Positions 19,409-30,105 are shown, counted from the stretch's first letter. The stretch is DNA of 64,000 nt from an uncultured delta proteobacterium (GCA_963711835.1 CAVQFQ010000021.1:128001-192000), one strand, 5' to 3'. Numbers and translations are program-made. Notes: generated from the sequence alone by a model not told the origin.

Positions 19409-20578
19409 TTAATGGATGGAAGCGCTGTTCGGGTCCAGCTTGACCCCGACGGCGATTTTATAAAGGAGGGTCAGGACCAGGAATCCTGTGGCCCAGACCC
19501 CCAGGGCGATGAAGATCTCCGGCGTGCTGGGGGCATATTCGGTAATGTGCTCCAGGGGGCTGGGGACAAAACCGCTCACCACCAGGGTAAGACCCTTTTC
19601 GATCCACAGGGAGCCGAAAACCCCGATGCAGGCCAAAACCAGCCAGACGTTGCTCCTGCGGGTCAAGGGCAAGAGCAGGAGAAGGGCGGAAAGGCAGCCT
19701 GCAAAAACGGAAATCCAGGTCCAGGTCACATATTTATTATAGCCCTCCAAGCCCCAGAATAAATAGGTGAAGGCATGCTTGTGGCCGGGGATATTGCTGT
19801 AAAAAGCGGTGAAGAGTTCCAAAATGACGAAGAAGATGCTGATCAGTATGGCATAGGTAACGATATTTCGCAGTTTATTGATGGCTTCCTGGCCGGAATC
19901 AAACCCGGAGACCCGTTTCACCAGCAGGGCCAGGATGATCAACAGGGCCGGACCGGCGGCAAAGGCCGATCCCAAAAATCGGGCCGCCATGATAGCCGTG
20001 AGCCAGAAATGCCGGCCCGGGAGACCGGCATAGAGGAAGGCCGTAACGGTGTGGATGCTGACCGCCCAGGGAATGGAAATATAAATAAGCGGTTTGACCC
20101 ACTTGGGCGGCGATAGGGCATTGCGTTCCGCTGCCAGGACGTTCCAGCCGATAAAGATATTCAGAAAAAGGTAGCCGTTTAAAACCAGCATGTCCCAGAA
20201 GAGGATCGAGTTGGGCGTCGGGTAGAGCAGGACGTTCAAGATCCGGACCGGGTTCCCTAAATCGACGAAGATAAAGAGGATACACATAGTGACCGAGGCA
20301 ATGGCCAGGAATTCGCCCAGAATGGTGATCCGGCCAAAAGCCTGGACATCGTGCAGATAGTAGGGCAGGACCAGCATCACGGCCGAGGCGGCCACGCCGA
20401 CCAGGAAGGTGAACTGGGCGATGTAGAACCCCCAGGAGACATCCCGGCCCATGCCGGTTATGCGCAGCCCTTCATTGAACTGATACAGGTAACAGGCGAA
20501 GCCGATGCCGATAAAAATGAGTAAAAAGATAATCCAGCTCCAGTAGCCTTTGGTTCCGGAGAGCGCCTTCTCAAACAT
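19409..20578 (-). CDS. dsrP: DsrP (NrfD-family membrane subunit)
   Basis: TGMGRDVSWG, ~10 TMs, last gene of the MKJOP block. Confidence 0.93.
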   Translation of the reverse strand: MFEKALSGTKGYWSWIIFLLIFIGIGFACYLYQFNEGLRITGMGRDVSWGFYIAQFTFLVGVAASAVMLVLPYYLHDVQAFGRITILGEFLAIASVTMCILFIFVDLGNPVRILNVLLYPTPNSILFWDMLVLNGYLFLNIFIGWNVLAAERNALSPPKWVKPLIYISIPWAVSIHTVTAFLYAGLPGRHFWLTAIMAARFLGSAFAAGPALLIILALLVKRVSGFDSGQEAINKLRNIVTYAILISIFFVILELFTAFYSNIPGHKHAFTYLFWGLEGYNKYVTWTWISVFAGCLSALLLLLPLTRRSNVWLVLACIGVFGSLWIEKGLTLVVSGFVPSPLEHITEYAPSTPEIFIALGVWATGFLVLTLLYKIAVGVKLDPNSASIH

Positions 20579-20585
20579 AGTCACC

Positions 20586-21359
20586 TCATACTAAATAGTA
20601 AACATTGGGTTGGGTACCTAAACTGGGTTTGCGGCGAATGGAATAATTTTCCCTGAGCATTTTCCGTAATTCCGAGTTGGGATTTTCCAGATCGCCGAAG
20701 ATCAAGGCCCCGTTGCTGGCCTCGACACAGGCCGGATAGAGCCCTTTGGCGATCCGTTCCTCACAGAAGTTGCACTTTTCCACCACCCCTTTGGAACGGG
20801 TCGGGTATTCCCGGTTGCTGGGTTCCTTGATGAAGCGCCGGGGGTCTCCCCAATTGAAGCTCCGGGAACCATAGGGACAGCCGGCCATGCAGAAACGGCA
20901 GCCGATACAGCGATGGTAATCCATCATGACGATGCCGTCCGGCCGTTTAAAAGTGGCCTGGGTCGGGCAAACCCGGACACAGGGCGGGTTGGTGCAGTGG
21001 TTGCAGAGGACCAGAAAAGGCTTGTGTTCCAGCCCCTCGGGCAGGAATTGATGCTGGTCGTCGGGGAAGGCATTCTCGTAATGTTCCTGCCAGATCCATT
21101 TAATCTCCTGGCGTTTGAGGTCCACCTTGGGAATATTATGGGTTTTATCGCAGGCCTCAATACAGCGCTGGAAGTCGGCCTGGCTTTTAAACTTGCGCGT
21201 ATCGATGACCATGGCCCATTTCTTCCCCTGGGTCAAAGGAGCCCGCACCTGGGCCTCAAGGGCACCCGGTTTGAGGATCTCAAAAGCGGTTTTGCCGCCC
21301 AGTCCCCAGAGGGAGGCAATCCCGGCAATCCTTAAAAATTCTCGTCTGTTGATACCCAT
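20586..21359 (-). CDS. dsrO: DsrO (Tat-exported Fe-S protein)
   Basis: NRREFL Tat motif, CNHC…C…CP, CIGCRFCMAGCP, CNFC. Confidence 0.93.
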   Translation of the reverse strand: MGINRREFLRIAGIASLWGLGGKTAFEILKPGALEAQVRAPLTQGKKWAMVIDTRKFKSQADFQRCIEACDKTHNIPKVDLKRQEIKWIWQEHYENAFPDDQHQFLPEGLEHKPFLVLCNHCTNPPCVRVCPTQATFKRPDGIVMMDYHRCIGCRFCMAGCPYGSRSFNWGDPRRFIKEPSNREYPTRSKGVVEKCNFCEERIAKGLYPACVEASNGALIFGDLENPNSELRKMLRENYSIRRKPSLGTQPNVYYLV

Positions 21360-21757
21360 CACTGTTTCTCCTTCGGCACGATATGGCAATCCCAGCAATA
21401 GGGTTTCACCTGCAGATAATTATGGCATTGATCGCAAAACTGGGTCTTGTTGGAATGGCATTTCATGCAGCCGTTTTGGAGACTCATTTCATAGGTCTTT
21501 CCGTCGGCCGCTGTATATAACCGGTTATACGGTCCCCGAACCACGTCGTTCCGCCACTGATCCAGAATCTTCATGTGGGTGGTCTTCATGGCCGCCTTGG
21601 GTTCGATGCATTGTTTCTCTTTCATCTCCTTAATAACCGGGGTATCGATTTTAGGATCGGGTTTAGCCGCCGCTTTGCCCAGATTATACCAGAGGGGAAA
21701 GGTCACCAGAATGACGAAGATGATCAGGCCGGGAATAATTTTATTGGAATCGTACAT
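21359..21757 (-). CDS. dsrJ: DsrJ triheme cytochrome c
   Basis: Three CxxCH motifs (CMKCH, CDQCH, CWDCH) and an N-terminal TM. Confidence 0.93.
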   Translation of the reverse strand: MYDSNKIIPGLIIFVILVTFPLWYNLGKAAAKPDPKIDTPVIKEMKEKQCIEPKAAMKTTHMKILDQWRNDVVRGPYNRLYTAADGKTYEMSLQNGCMKCHSNKTQFCDQCHNYLQVKPYCWDCHIVPKEKQ

Positions 21758-23385
21758 TATTCTTCACCCTCCTCCGCGGTTTCTTCTCCCAGCGGTTCAC
21801 CCCGCAGGTCGGTCGTCCGTTCGCCCTCACCGTCCATCACCAGGGCGTTGGCCACCAGTTCATGAAGCCCGGTCACCCCGACCTCCGGGACCCAATATTC
21901 CATGAGGGTGGTCAGGGCCGCCCGGTCGATGGCGCAGATATTGGCCAGCATATTAACGCCGTGCTTATCATGCACGTAGCGGACCGCATTGGCCCTCGGA
22001 AATCCGCCCCGCATCCGGAGTTCCATATCCTCGCCGGCATTGAGACCGGAACCGCTGCCGCAGCAGAAGGTCTGTTCCCGGATGGTATTTTCCGGCATTT
22101 CATAGAAATTATTACAGACGCTTCGGAGTACGTAGCGGGGTTCCTCCAGAAAGCCCATGCCCCGGGAGGTATTGCAGGAATCATGGAAGGTCACTTTGAG
22201 ACGGTCGTTGCGGCTGGGATCCAGTTTCAATTTTCCGTTTCGGATCAGGTCGGCCGTGAATTCCACGATGTGGGTCATCTTGGTCGAGGCGGCATTGTCG
22301 AATCGGGTCCCGGTGATGGGAGAAACCGGCACTTCCAGGAAATCCGCCGGGCCGTTCATGGTATCCATATACTGGTTGACCACCCGCCACATATGGCCGC
22401 ATTCACCGCCCAGGATCCATTTTACCCCCAACCGCTTGGCCTCGGCATACATCTTGGCATTAAGCCGCTTCATCATTTCGTGGGAGGTAAAAAAGCCGAA
22501 ATTCCCGCCTTCCGAGGCATAGGTGCTCCAGGTGTAGTCCAAGCCCAACTGGTGAAAGAGCATCAGGTAGCCCATACAGGTGTAGGTTCCCGGGTCGGCA
22601 AACACATCTCCGGATGGGGTGACAAAAAGGATTTCGGCCCCCTTGCGGTTGAAGGTCGGTTCCGGCCGGATACCGGTCACGCCCTCGATCTCATCCAGGA
22701 AGAAATCGATCATGTCCTTGAAGGCATGGGGTTCAATGCCCAGATGATTGCCTTTGCGGAAGCAGTTGGCTACCGGGCCCATGATCCAGTCGATATTCAA
22801 CCCCAACAGGTTCAAGAGTTCCCGGCCGATAATGGTCACCTCGGCCGTATCGATGCCGTAGGGGCAAAACACCGAACAGCGGCGGCACTCGGTGCATTGG
22901 AAGAAATAGTGCCACCATTCCTTCAGGACATCTTCCGTCAGGTCCCGGGCTCCGACCATTTTTTTAAAGATCTTGCCGGCCGTGGTAAATTCCCGGCGGT
23001 AAACCGACCGCAGGAGCTCAGCCCGCAGAACCGGCATGTTCTTCGGGTCGCCTGACCCGATGAAGAAATGGCACTTGTCGGCACAGGCCCCGCAGCGGAC
23101 ACAGATATCCATGAAGATGTGAAAGGAACGGAACCGGCTCAGCCGTTCCCGGATGCCCTCGATGATGATGGCCTTCCAGTTGTCCGGCAGCTTCCAGTCC
23201 TCATCCAGGGGGTTCCAGGACCTGGGGAAGGGCATTCCGACGGCCTCGACATTCTTGGGCTGGGCGGCGTAGCAATAGTTGCCGGGCCTGATATCGGCCT
23301 TGACATCCATCCACCCTTTCAAATAAGGGGGGCTGTGCTTTATCCGGGATAGTTCTTCAGGTCCTGGGACATTCTTGAGAGCCAT
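21757..23385 (-). CDS. dsrK: DsrK (HdrD-like, CCG domain)
   Basis: CVRCGACADKC, CTECRRCSVFCP, ECGH, HDSC and FCCG motifs. Confidence 0.95.
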   Translation of the reverse strand: MALKNVPGPEELSRIKHSPPYLKGWMDVKADIRPGNYCYAAQPKNVEAVGMPFPRSWNPLDEDWKLPDNWKAIIIEGIRERLSRFRSFHIFMDICVRCGACADKCHFFIGSGDPKNMPVLRAELLRSVYRREFTTAGKIFKKMVGARDLTEDVLKEWWHYFFQCTECRRCSVFCPYGIDTAEVTIIGRELLNLLGLNIDWIMGPVANCFRKGNHLGIEPHAFKDMIDFFLDEIEGVTGIRPEPTFNRKGAEILFVTPSGDVFADPGTYTCMGYLMLFHQLGLDYTWSTYASEGGNFGFFTSHEMMKRLNAKMYAEAKRLGVKWILGGECGHMWRVVNQYMDTMNGPADFLEVPVSPITGTRFDNAASTKMTHIVEFTADLIRNGKLKLDPSRNDRLKVTFHDSCNTSRGMGFLEEPRYVLRSVCNNFYEMPENTIREQTFCCGSGSGLNAGEDMELRMRGGFPRANAVRYVHDKHGVNMLANICAIDRAALTTLMEYWVPEVGVTGLHELVANALVMDGEGERTTDLRGEPLGEETAEEGEE

Positions 23386-23387
23386 AA

Positions 23388-24416
23388 TTACTCCTTCTCC
23401 ACTGGCAATCCAGCCTCAACCATTTTTTCTCTAAAATCATCCTCATATTCTTCGTAGGTGTGAACCTTGACCGGATAGTTCCAGGGATTGATATGCCGGA
23501 CCACCCGGTTGTTGTTGGCCAGGTTGCGGGTCGGGCTGAGGAAGACCCCTCCCAGATGGACCAGTTTGCTGAACGGAAAATAAGCGAAGAAGATACTGAC
23601 CAGAAAAAAATGAATATAGAAAAGAACCCCTATCCCCTGGGGCAGGACGGGATGGAAGGTGACCAAGCCCATGATCATTTCCTTGACCCCGATCACATCG
23701 ACCTTGAGGAGATAACGCATCAGGATCCCGGTCAGGGCGATGCCGATAACCATAAACAGGGGAAAATAATCGGTGGGTAACGAGATATAACGGACCTGGG
23801 GAATATAGATCCTTCTTAAGAAAAGATAGGTAGCGGCCAGCAACAAAATAACCCCGCTGATCAAAAGACCGGGCAATCCCAATCCGGGCAAAGGACCGAT
23901 CCCGGTCTGGGCAAATCCATCCAGGGTCTCCAGGAGTTGGACAAAGGCCGGCACCGGCTCGGTGAAAAACCTCAAGTGCCGCAGCAGGACCACCAGGAAG
24001 GCATAGTGGAAGAGGAGGGCCGCCAGCCAGAGCCACTTTTCCCATTCATAGGTGACCCGCGGGCCTTCCCGGTACGACATTTTGGTGTTCCGGAAGAGGG
24101 AACGGAAGAGAAGGATTTCCAGGAGCATCCTGCCGATGACTCCGGCTGTGGTCGAAGGGTTCTCGAGTTTGTTGGGCTTGATCCAGGAAAGGGATTTCTG
24201 CTGGCCGGCGGTGGTAGGGATGCGGAAAGGAACCGGAGATCGCGACCAGAGGATGATGCGGTAAACCAGCCCCACCAAGAATGTACCTATGGCCAGATAG
24301 GGAATAACCACCCCGAACAAGACCTGCAGGTCGGCCACCTGCATCCCCACCAGGGGAATCAAAACGAGAACCAGTACCGTGATGAAGGATAAGATAATGC
24401 CCAGTATGAAATTCAT
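23388..24416 (-). CDS. dsrM: DsrM (NarI-like cytochrome b)
   Basis: PVPFRIPTT, FHY, RHLR and PFSKLVH motifs. Confidence 0.95.
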   Translation of the reverse strand: MNFILGIILSFITVLVLVLIPLVGMQVADLQVLFGVVIPYLAIGTFLVGLVYRIILWSRSPVPFRIPTTAGQQKSLSWIKPNKLENPSTTAGVIGRMLLEILLFRSLFRNTKMSYREGPRVTYEWEKWLWLAALLFHYAFLVVLLRHLRFFTEPVPAFVQLLETLDGFAQTGIGPLPGLGLPGLLISGVILLLAATYLFLRRIYIPQVRYISLPTDYFPLFMVIGIALTGILMRYLLKVDVIGVKEMIMGLVTFHPVLPQGIGVLFYIHFFLVSIFFAYFPFSKLVHLGGVFLSPTRNLANNNRVVRHINPWNYPVKVHTYEEYEDDFREKMVEAGLPVEKE

Positions 24417-24472
24417 ATACGTTTACCTCTCCTCAAGGGGTTTGGTTCGCTAACTTAATGAAATAATAAGAT

Positions 24473-25015
24473 CTATGTAGATGAGGGCTTCTCCTGTGGA
24501 CTCTCCACAACCAGTTTGGCCCTTTCTAAGAGCCGGAAGGTCTGATGCTTCAGCTCACTGGCTTTCAGTTCGTAAATCTTTTCCCGACAGATCATAAAGA
24601 GATCAAAGGAAAGCAGGGCCAGTTCATCAATCCTGGATTCCAGGTCGGACAGTTCCTGGACCAGGCCTTTTTCCTCAATTTCTTTGCCCAACTCCTCCCG
24701 GAGGACCTTTTTCAACAAAAAAACAAAGGCCAGGGCCTGCGAAGGTGCAAAATCCTGAACCGCACGTATCCTGATGATGGGGTCGAGCGCCGCTCTGAGG
24801 CCTTCCCTGTCCTGCCCCCCCAGCAACTTTTCCAGAATTTGGGTTATTCCCTGGGAAAGCGTCTGCCCGACCGGGTTGGCGAAACGGTCTTTTTGTTTTT
24901 TTAAAAAACGGGAGGTTTCATCCGGGTAGGAATCAATTAAGGCCTCAAACCACCTTTTGGCGATGGTTTTTCTTCTCTCCCATAAGAATTTCCCCAGGTC
25001 CATAGGGTTCAGCAA
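24473..25015 (-). CDS. dsrT: DsrT (RsbRD N-terminal-domain protein)
   Basis: DRFANPVG…IIRIRAVQDF; immediately upstream of dsrM. Confidence 0.88.
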   Translation of the reverse strand: MLNPMDLGKFLWERRKTIAKRWFEALIDSYPDETSRFLKKQKDRFANPVGQTLSQGITQILEKLLGGQDREGLRAALDPIIRIRAVQDFAPSQALAFVFLLKKVLREELGKEIEEKGLVQELSDLESRIDELALLSFDLFMICREKIYELKASELKHQTFRLLERAKLVVESPQEKPSST

Positions 25016-25074
25016 CCGGTAACAAAGAGGGCCTTTGAGGCCGCTCCCTGTTACCGGTTATCCAAAATATTCTT

Positions 25075-25392
25075 TTAGACGCAACCGGTGGGCTTGGGAA
25101 GACCCGCCATTTTGCAGGCTCCTTTTCCCGGGCCGGAGGGAAACAACTCGTAGATGTATTTGAGTTTGAAACCGGTCACCTTGGAAAGGATTCGGACCAT
25201 AGGGGCGATCCCGTTCTTTTTATAGTAGTCTTGGAGGATATTGATGATCTTCCAGTGCTCCTCGGTCAATTCCTTAATCCCTTCGGATTCCTTTACGTAA
25301 TCGACCCATTCCCTGGTCCAACTATTGAAGTCATCAATGAATCCGTCTTCATCTACGCTGAAAGTTTGTCCTTTAAATTCAACATTTGGCAT
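25075..25392 (-). CDS. dsrC: DsrC sulfur carrier
   Basis: C-terminal GACKMAGLPKPTGCV with both conserved cysteines. Confidence 0.97.
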   Translation of the reverse strand: MPNVEFKGQTFSVDEDGFIDDFNSWTREWVDYVKESEGIKELTEEHWKIINILQDYYKKNGIAPMVRILSKVTGFKLKYIYELFPSGPGKGACKMAGLPKPTGCV

Positions 25393-25513
25393 ACCTTATT
25401 CCTCCTCCTAATAAAAATTAGTATCATTTTTTATGGGGTGGCCATTACATGACCTATTTTCTAAAAAAAGTCAAGGGGAAATTCACTTTTTTTTCCTAAT
25501 TTACTGAATAGTT

Positions 25514-26980
25514 TCAAACCCCGGCTTCTTTCTGCCGCATCTCAACAAACAGCCCCCCTCCGGCCCGGGAGGGGCAGGCCTTATCCGGCCCTGGCGGGTT
25601 TTTTTGATGCTCCCTGGCCCTTTTCACCAGGGCCTTGGCCCAGATCGGGGAGCCCAGGGCATGGAGATGGGTGTAACTGGCCAATAGGTTTTTATAGGCA
25701 ACCCCATCACCGCTCCCATCCAGACCGGAGCCCTTGATCATTTCAAATACCGGGGTCACTCCAGCCGTTTCCCAGTTCAGGACCCTGGAATAATGGAATT
25801 CATGCCCTTTGAGGACTGTCCCGACCGGGAAGAAGGGATTTTCCTTCCTGACCGTGAGGGTGGTGTAGCCGTGACCCTGAGGTCGCTTTTCTAAAACAAA
25901 GGTCAGAGGCAGTGCCCCCACCATGGGAAAGGAGCGGCCTTGATAAATAAGGGTCTTTCCCAAATACATAAGTCCGCCGCATTCCCCGTAAACCGGCAAT
26001 CCGGCCTCAATGGCCTTCTTTAAGGCCCGGCGAAACGGTTTGTTTCGGGCCAGTAAAAGGGCCTGGGTTTCCGGAAAGCCCCCCCCGATGTAGAGGGCAT
26101 CCAAAGAGGATGGAAAAGCCCCCGAGAGGGCATTAAGGAAGATCAATTCAGCCCCTTCCCGGGTCAGGGCCTCTATATTCTCGGGATAATAAAATTGAAA
26201 GGCCTGGTCCTGGATGATCCCGATCTTGGGGGAGGCCAGGGATGGCCGGGTTGGACTGGAAGGGATTAACGGCCCAGAGGCCCTCATCGGCGGGGCTTCC
26301 CGGGCTAACCGGAGTAGACCATCGAGATCGATGTAATCTTCGGCCAGTTTGCGGGCTGAGAAAACAGCCTTTTCCACTTCAGGATGTTCCTGAAAAGGCA
26401 GAAGTCCCAAATGGCGTTCCGGGAATTGGGAGGACGGCATCCTTGGGATGACGCCCAGGATGGGCAGGCGGCAGTATTTTTTGACGGCCCGGCGAATGAT
26501 CGACTCATGCCGGCTCCGGGCAATATGATTTAAAATGACCCCTTTTAAGTCCAGGTCGGGGTCGAGATGCAGGCAACCCAGGATCATGGCCGCTACGGTT
26601 CGGGTGGTCTTGGTGCAATCTACAATCAGAACGACCGGGGCTTGGAGCAACTTGGCCAATTCGGCCGTACTGTAAATCCCCCGGGGATTGATCCCGTCAA
26701 AAAGGCCCCGATTGCCCTCGATGAGGGACAATTCCCCGCCCTGGGACCTCTCTTGGAAGGAACGCAGGGCTTTCTTTTTTCCTTGCAAGTAGGGATCCAA
26801 ATTAAAACACGGGGTGCCGGCCGCCATGGCCAACCACCCGGCATCAATATAATCGGGTCCCTTTTTAAAGGGAACTACCTGGATTCCTTTGGCTTTCCAA
26901 GCTGCGGCCATTCCCATGGAAAGGACCGTCTTGCCTGATCCGCCCCGCAGGGAGGCCGTCATGATGCGTGGAAGGCCCAT
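25514..26980 (-). CDS. dsrN: DsrN (cobyrinate a,c-diamide synthase-like siroheme amidase)
   Basis: GGSGKT, FKKGPDYID, YGECGG and GHEFHYS motifs; follows dsrD. Confidence 0.9.
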   Translation of the reverse strand: MGLPRIMTASLRGGSGKTVLSMGMAAAWKAKGIQVVPFKKGPDYIDAGWLAMAAGTPCFNLDPYLQGKKKALRSFQERSQGGELSLIEGNRGLFDGINPRGIYSTAELAKLLQAPVVLIVDCTKTTRTVAAMILGCLHLDPDLDLKGVILNHIARSRHESIIRRAVKKYCRLPILGVIPRMPSSQFPERHLGLLPFQEHPEVEKAVFSARKLAEDYIDLDGLLRLAREAPPMRASGPLIPSSPTRPSLASPKIGIIQDQAFQFYYPENIEALTREGAELIFLNALSGAFPSSLDALYIGGGFPETQALLLARNKPFRRALKKAIEAGLPVYGECGGLMYLGKTLIYQGRSFPMVGALPLTFVLEKRPQGHGYTTLTVRKENPFFPVGTVLKGHEFHYSRVLNWETAGVTPVFEMIKGSGLDGSGDGVAYKNLLASYTHLHALGSPIWAKALVKRAREHQKNPPGPDKACPSRAGGGLFVEMRQKEAGV

Positions 26981-27039
26981 TTTTTGGTGGGTACTTCTAA
27001 AATTAAGCGTGCCGGAAGTTAAGCAGGGCTTAGGAGGGC

Positions 27040-27276
27040 CTATTCTCCTTCGGCATCAGCCTGCTTACCCGCCCCCTTGATCCCGTAAAGGGTAGTACTG
27101 CCGCTGGACCAGTATTCCAGGGTCCCTTCCTGGACCATATTATTGACCAGCTTATTGACCTCACGGGCTTTCTTGTCCGGCAACATGGCATAGAAATCCT
27201 TTAAATAAAACTTGGATTTCCCCTTCTTTTGTTGCAGGGTCTCCAATATTAATTTTTTGGCTTCGGGATCTTCCAT
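27040..27276 (-). CDS. dsrD: DsrD
   Basis: KSKFYLKD…LEYWSSGSTT. Confidence 0.95.
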   Translation of the reverse strand: MEDPEAKKLILETLQQKKGKSKFYLKDFYAMLPDKKAREVNKLVNNMVQEGTLEYWSSGSTTLYGIKGAGKQADAEGE

Positions 27277-27358
27277 TTTTTTCCTCTTTCTTTAAGTAAG
27301 TCCTTACTCGGAGGCGGGATCTTAGAAACCCCGCCCCCGAGTTCCTTTTTGAAAGAAA

Positions 27359-28498
27359 TTATTTCGTAAACTTGAACTGGGTGGTTTGTCGCCAGGTGTA
27401 ATAGGCCGGGTCACGGAAATCATCGATCAGGTGATGGGTGAATTCCAAACCGGTCATTTCAAAGAACCTTTCCCAGCCGATCCGTTCCGCCCAGTCTCCG
27501 AAACGCTCGTATTTTTGAGCGTTGGCCGCATAGACCTGGACCAGGTTCTTGATGCAGTCCGTGGTTGACGGCCAGCGCGGGGTCTCGTTGGGCAAAAAGG
27601 CCACAATGACCTTGGAGAACTTCGGCGGGCTAATCCGGTTGGACACCTTTCCGCCGGCCATGATGACGATTCCGTCGCCCAGGTCATCGGCCAACGGCAG
27701 GGCCGGGCACATGGTATAGCAGTTGCCGCAGAACATACAGCGGGCGGAATTGATGGCTACGGCCTGGGCCTGAGATCCGTCCGGCTTCTGGATTTTTGCG
27801 GGTTTGATGGCCGCTGTCGGGCAGGAGGCAATGGCCAGGGGAATCTCGCAGACTTTATCGATGACTTCGGCGTCGATCATGGGCGGTTTGCGGTGATAGC
27901 CCAGGATGGCGATATCGGAACAATGGACGGCTCCGCACATATTCAGACAGCAAGCCAGCGAAATCCGTACCTGGGCCGGCATCCTCATACTGGTAAATTC
28001 ATCAAACAAAACATCCATAACCGCCTTAACCACGCCGGAAGCATCGGTCGCCGGGGTATGGCAATGAATCCAGCCCTGGGTATGAACGATATTGGTAATC
28101 CCGGCACCGGTACCGCCGATGGGAAACTTAAAGCCCCCCCCGGGTTGTTTACGACTCAAAAGGTCCTGCTTGAGCGGTTCCACTTTGGAGGGGTTATCGA
28201 CCATGAATTCGATATTATTTCGGGTGGTAAAACGGAGATAACCGTCGCAGTGTTTATCGGCGATCTCACAGAGTTCCTGGATGTGGGAAATACTCATCAA
28301 CCGGGCCCCGCCGACGCGTACGGTAAAAACCTTGTCGCCGCTTTCGGCCACGTGGACCAGCACTCCGGGCTCCGGGATATCGTGATAGAGCCACTTTCCG
28401 AAATTCTTCTTGATGACCGGGGGAAGGAATTCCTGGTAGTTCCTCGGCCCGAGATCGGTCATCCTGTCTTTTAATGGATTTGAAGGATCATAAGCCAT
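27359..28498 (-). CDS. dsrB: Dissimilatory sulfite reductase beta subunit
   Basis: [27 protein letters not shown] and [10 protein letters not shown] motifs. Confidence 0.98.
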   Translation of the reverse strand: MAYDPSNPLKDRMTDLGPRNYQEFLPPVIKKNFGKWLYHDIPEPGVLVHVAESGDKVFTVRVGGARLMSISHIQELCEIADKHCDGYLRFTTRNNIEFMVDNPSKVEPLKQDLLSRKQPGGGFKFPIGGTGAGITNIVHTQGWIHCHTPATDASGVVKAVMDVLFDEFTSMRMPAQVRISLACCLNMCGAVHCSDIAILGYHRKPPMIDAEVIDKVCEIPLAIASCPTAAIKPAKIQKPDGSQAQAVAINSARCMFCGNCYTMCPALPLADDLGDGIVIMAGGKVSNRISPPKFSKVIVAFLPNETPRWPSTTDCIKNLVQVYAANAQKYERFGDWAERIGWERFFEMTGLEFTHHLIDDFRDPAYYTWRQTTQFKFTK

Positions 28499-28511
28499 TA
28501 GTCGTTACCTC

Positions 28512-29822
28512 CTATCTCAGATGATACTTGCGATATTCATTAATGTCTCGAGTAAATCCGCCCGGCACCTCTTCCTCTTTCCAGAAGATATAAGGATTGG
28601 TCCTGGGTTCCTTGACCATCTGGGGAACAGGCGGCAGGCCGGTCACTTCCAGCAGTTTCTGGAATCCCTGGCGCTTCATCATTTCGCCCAGGCGTTCCCG
28701 GTTCTTACCTTCTTCCATCCACCAATCCCAGATCTTCTCGATGAGCTCCTTGATTTCCGTGTAAGGCGGTTCCACCTTCATAAAAGGGACCAGCAGAGAG
28801 CTCATCTGGGCGCCGTCCAGAATAGGGGCCTTGGCTCCACACAGGATGGACAGACCCGTATCTTCACCGATCCGCAGGGCCTGAGGCATGACATTGATGC
28901 AATGCATGCAGCGGGTGCATTCGGAGTCGTAGATGGTCAGTTGCTTTCCATCCCATTCCATGCACTTGGTCGGACAGAGTCCGATGACCTCTTTTTGAAT
29001 ATCAAAAGGACCCCAATCTTTTCCGGCATGGGCCCCGGCATTCGGTTTTACTTCCCCGCCCACATAGGCCTGGACGGCTTTCTGATCGATCCGGATCTTA
29101 TCCCGCCAGGTCCCGATAAAAGAAAGGTCGGATCGGGCAATGGAGGCCACACAACAGTTGGGGCAGCCGTCAAATTTGAATTTGAATTTATAAGGAAAAG
29201 CCGGACGGTGCAGGAAGTCCTGATATTCGTTGGTCAGGTCAAAGCAGAGGGCCTGGGTATCATAACAGGCATATTCACAGCGCGACTTGCCCAGACAATC
29301 CGACGGGGTCCGCAGATTGGAGCCCGATCCGCCGAGGTCCTGATTCATGTCGTGGGTGAGTTCCCAGAAGATCTCCTCCAATTGAGAAGTCTGGGTGCCC
29401 AGGAGAATGATATCGCCGGTGGAACCATGCATATTGGTGATCCCGCTTCCCCTTCGGTTCCAGATGTCACAGAGTTGTTTCAGATAATCGGTTTTATAAT
29501 ATTTCCCGCTGGGCTGATTGACCCGGATGGTGTGAAAATGAGCCACTCCGGGGAACATCTCCGGCTGATCGCAGTACCGGCCGATAACGCCGCCGCCATA
29601 ACCAAAAACACCCACAATCCCGCCGTGTTTCCAGTGGGTCCTTTTCTGGTTATAGGTGAGTTCCATAACCCCTAAAATATCATCACAGACATCAACGGGT
29701 ATCTGGAAATCTACCCCTTTTTCATTTTTGGACCGAGCTTCTGCTTCCCGCTTAATGTCGCTTACAAAACTCGGCCAGGGCCCGCTTTCTAATTGATCCA
29801 GCAGGGGTGTCTTGTGCTTCAT
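28512..29822 (-). CDS. dsrA: Dissimilatory sulfite reductase alpha subunit
   Basis: GPWPSFV, THWKHGGIVGV, FKFDGCPNCC and CTRCMHCIN motifs. Confidence 0.98.
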   Translation of the reverse strand: MKHKTPLLDQLESGPWPSFVSDIKREAEARSKNEKGVDFQIPVDVCDDILGVMELTYNQKRTHWKHGGIVGVFGYGGGVIGRYCDQPEMFPGVAHFHTIRVNQPSGKYYKTDYLKQLCDIWNRRGSGITNMHGSTGDIILLGTQTSQLEEIFWELTHDMNQDLGGSGSNLRTPSDCLGKSRCEYACYDTQALCFDLTNEYQDFLHRPAFPYKFKFKFDGCPNCCVASIARSDLSFIGTWRDKIRIDQKAVQAYVGGEVKPNAGAHAGKDWGPFDIQKEVIGLCPTKCMEWDGKQLTIYDSECTRCMHCINVMPQALRIGEDTGLSILCGAKAPILDGAQMSSLLVPFMKVEPPYTEIKELIEKIWDWWMEEGKNRERLGEMMKRQGFQKLLEVTGLPPVPQMVKEPRTNPYIFWKEEEVPGGFTRDINEYRKYHLR

Positions 29823-30075
29823 TATAGTACCTCCGTTCTATGAAAATTTATCACCTGCTTGCTTTTTTGATATTTTTTCAGCCCGCCGGGGGCGTAATCA
29901 CCAGTACTCCACCACCTCCTCTCGAGGATTGAACTGATTATTCTTACAGACTTCAAAGGCTCCCTCTTTGAAGGGGTTGGGCACAAAAAATCTTCCCAGC
30001 GCTGATTTACCCCACCCCGGGAAGGAGCTTTTAGGGGATTTTACAGAAAATCCAAACCCTTTTATATAAAAGCTT

Positions 30076-30105
30076 CCTATAGAATATCTAGTCCGCTTTT
30101 GTCAA
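30076..30105 (-). promoter_or_regulatory. Candidate sigma70 promoter of the dsr operon
   Basis: TTGACA-18-TATAGG, ~250 nt upstream of dsrA. Confidence 0.45.

Noticed and set aside
21862-23055. 397-aa plus-strand ORF
   Set aside because: Antisense shadow of dsrK with no recognisable motifs.
28521-29675. 384-aa plus-strand ORF
   Set aside because: Antisense shadow of dsrA.
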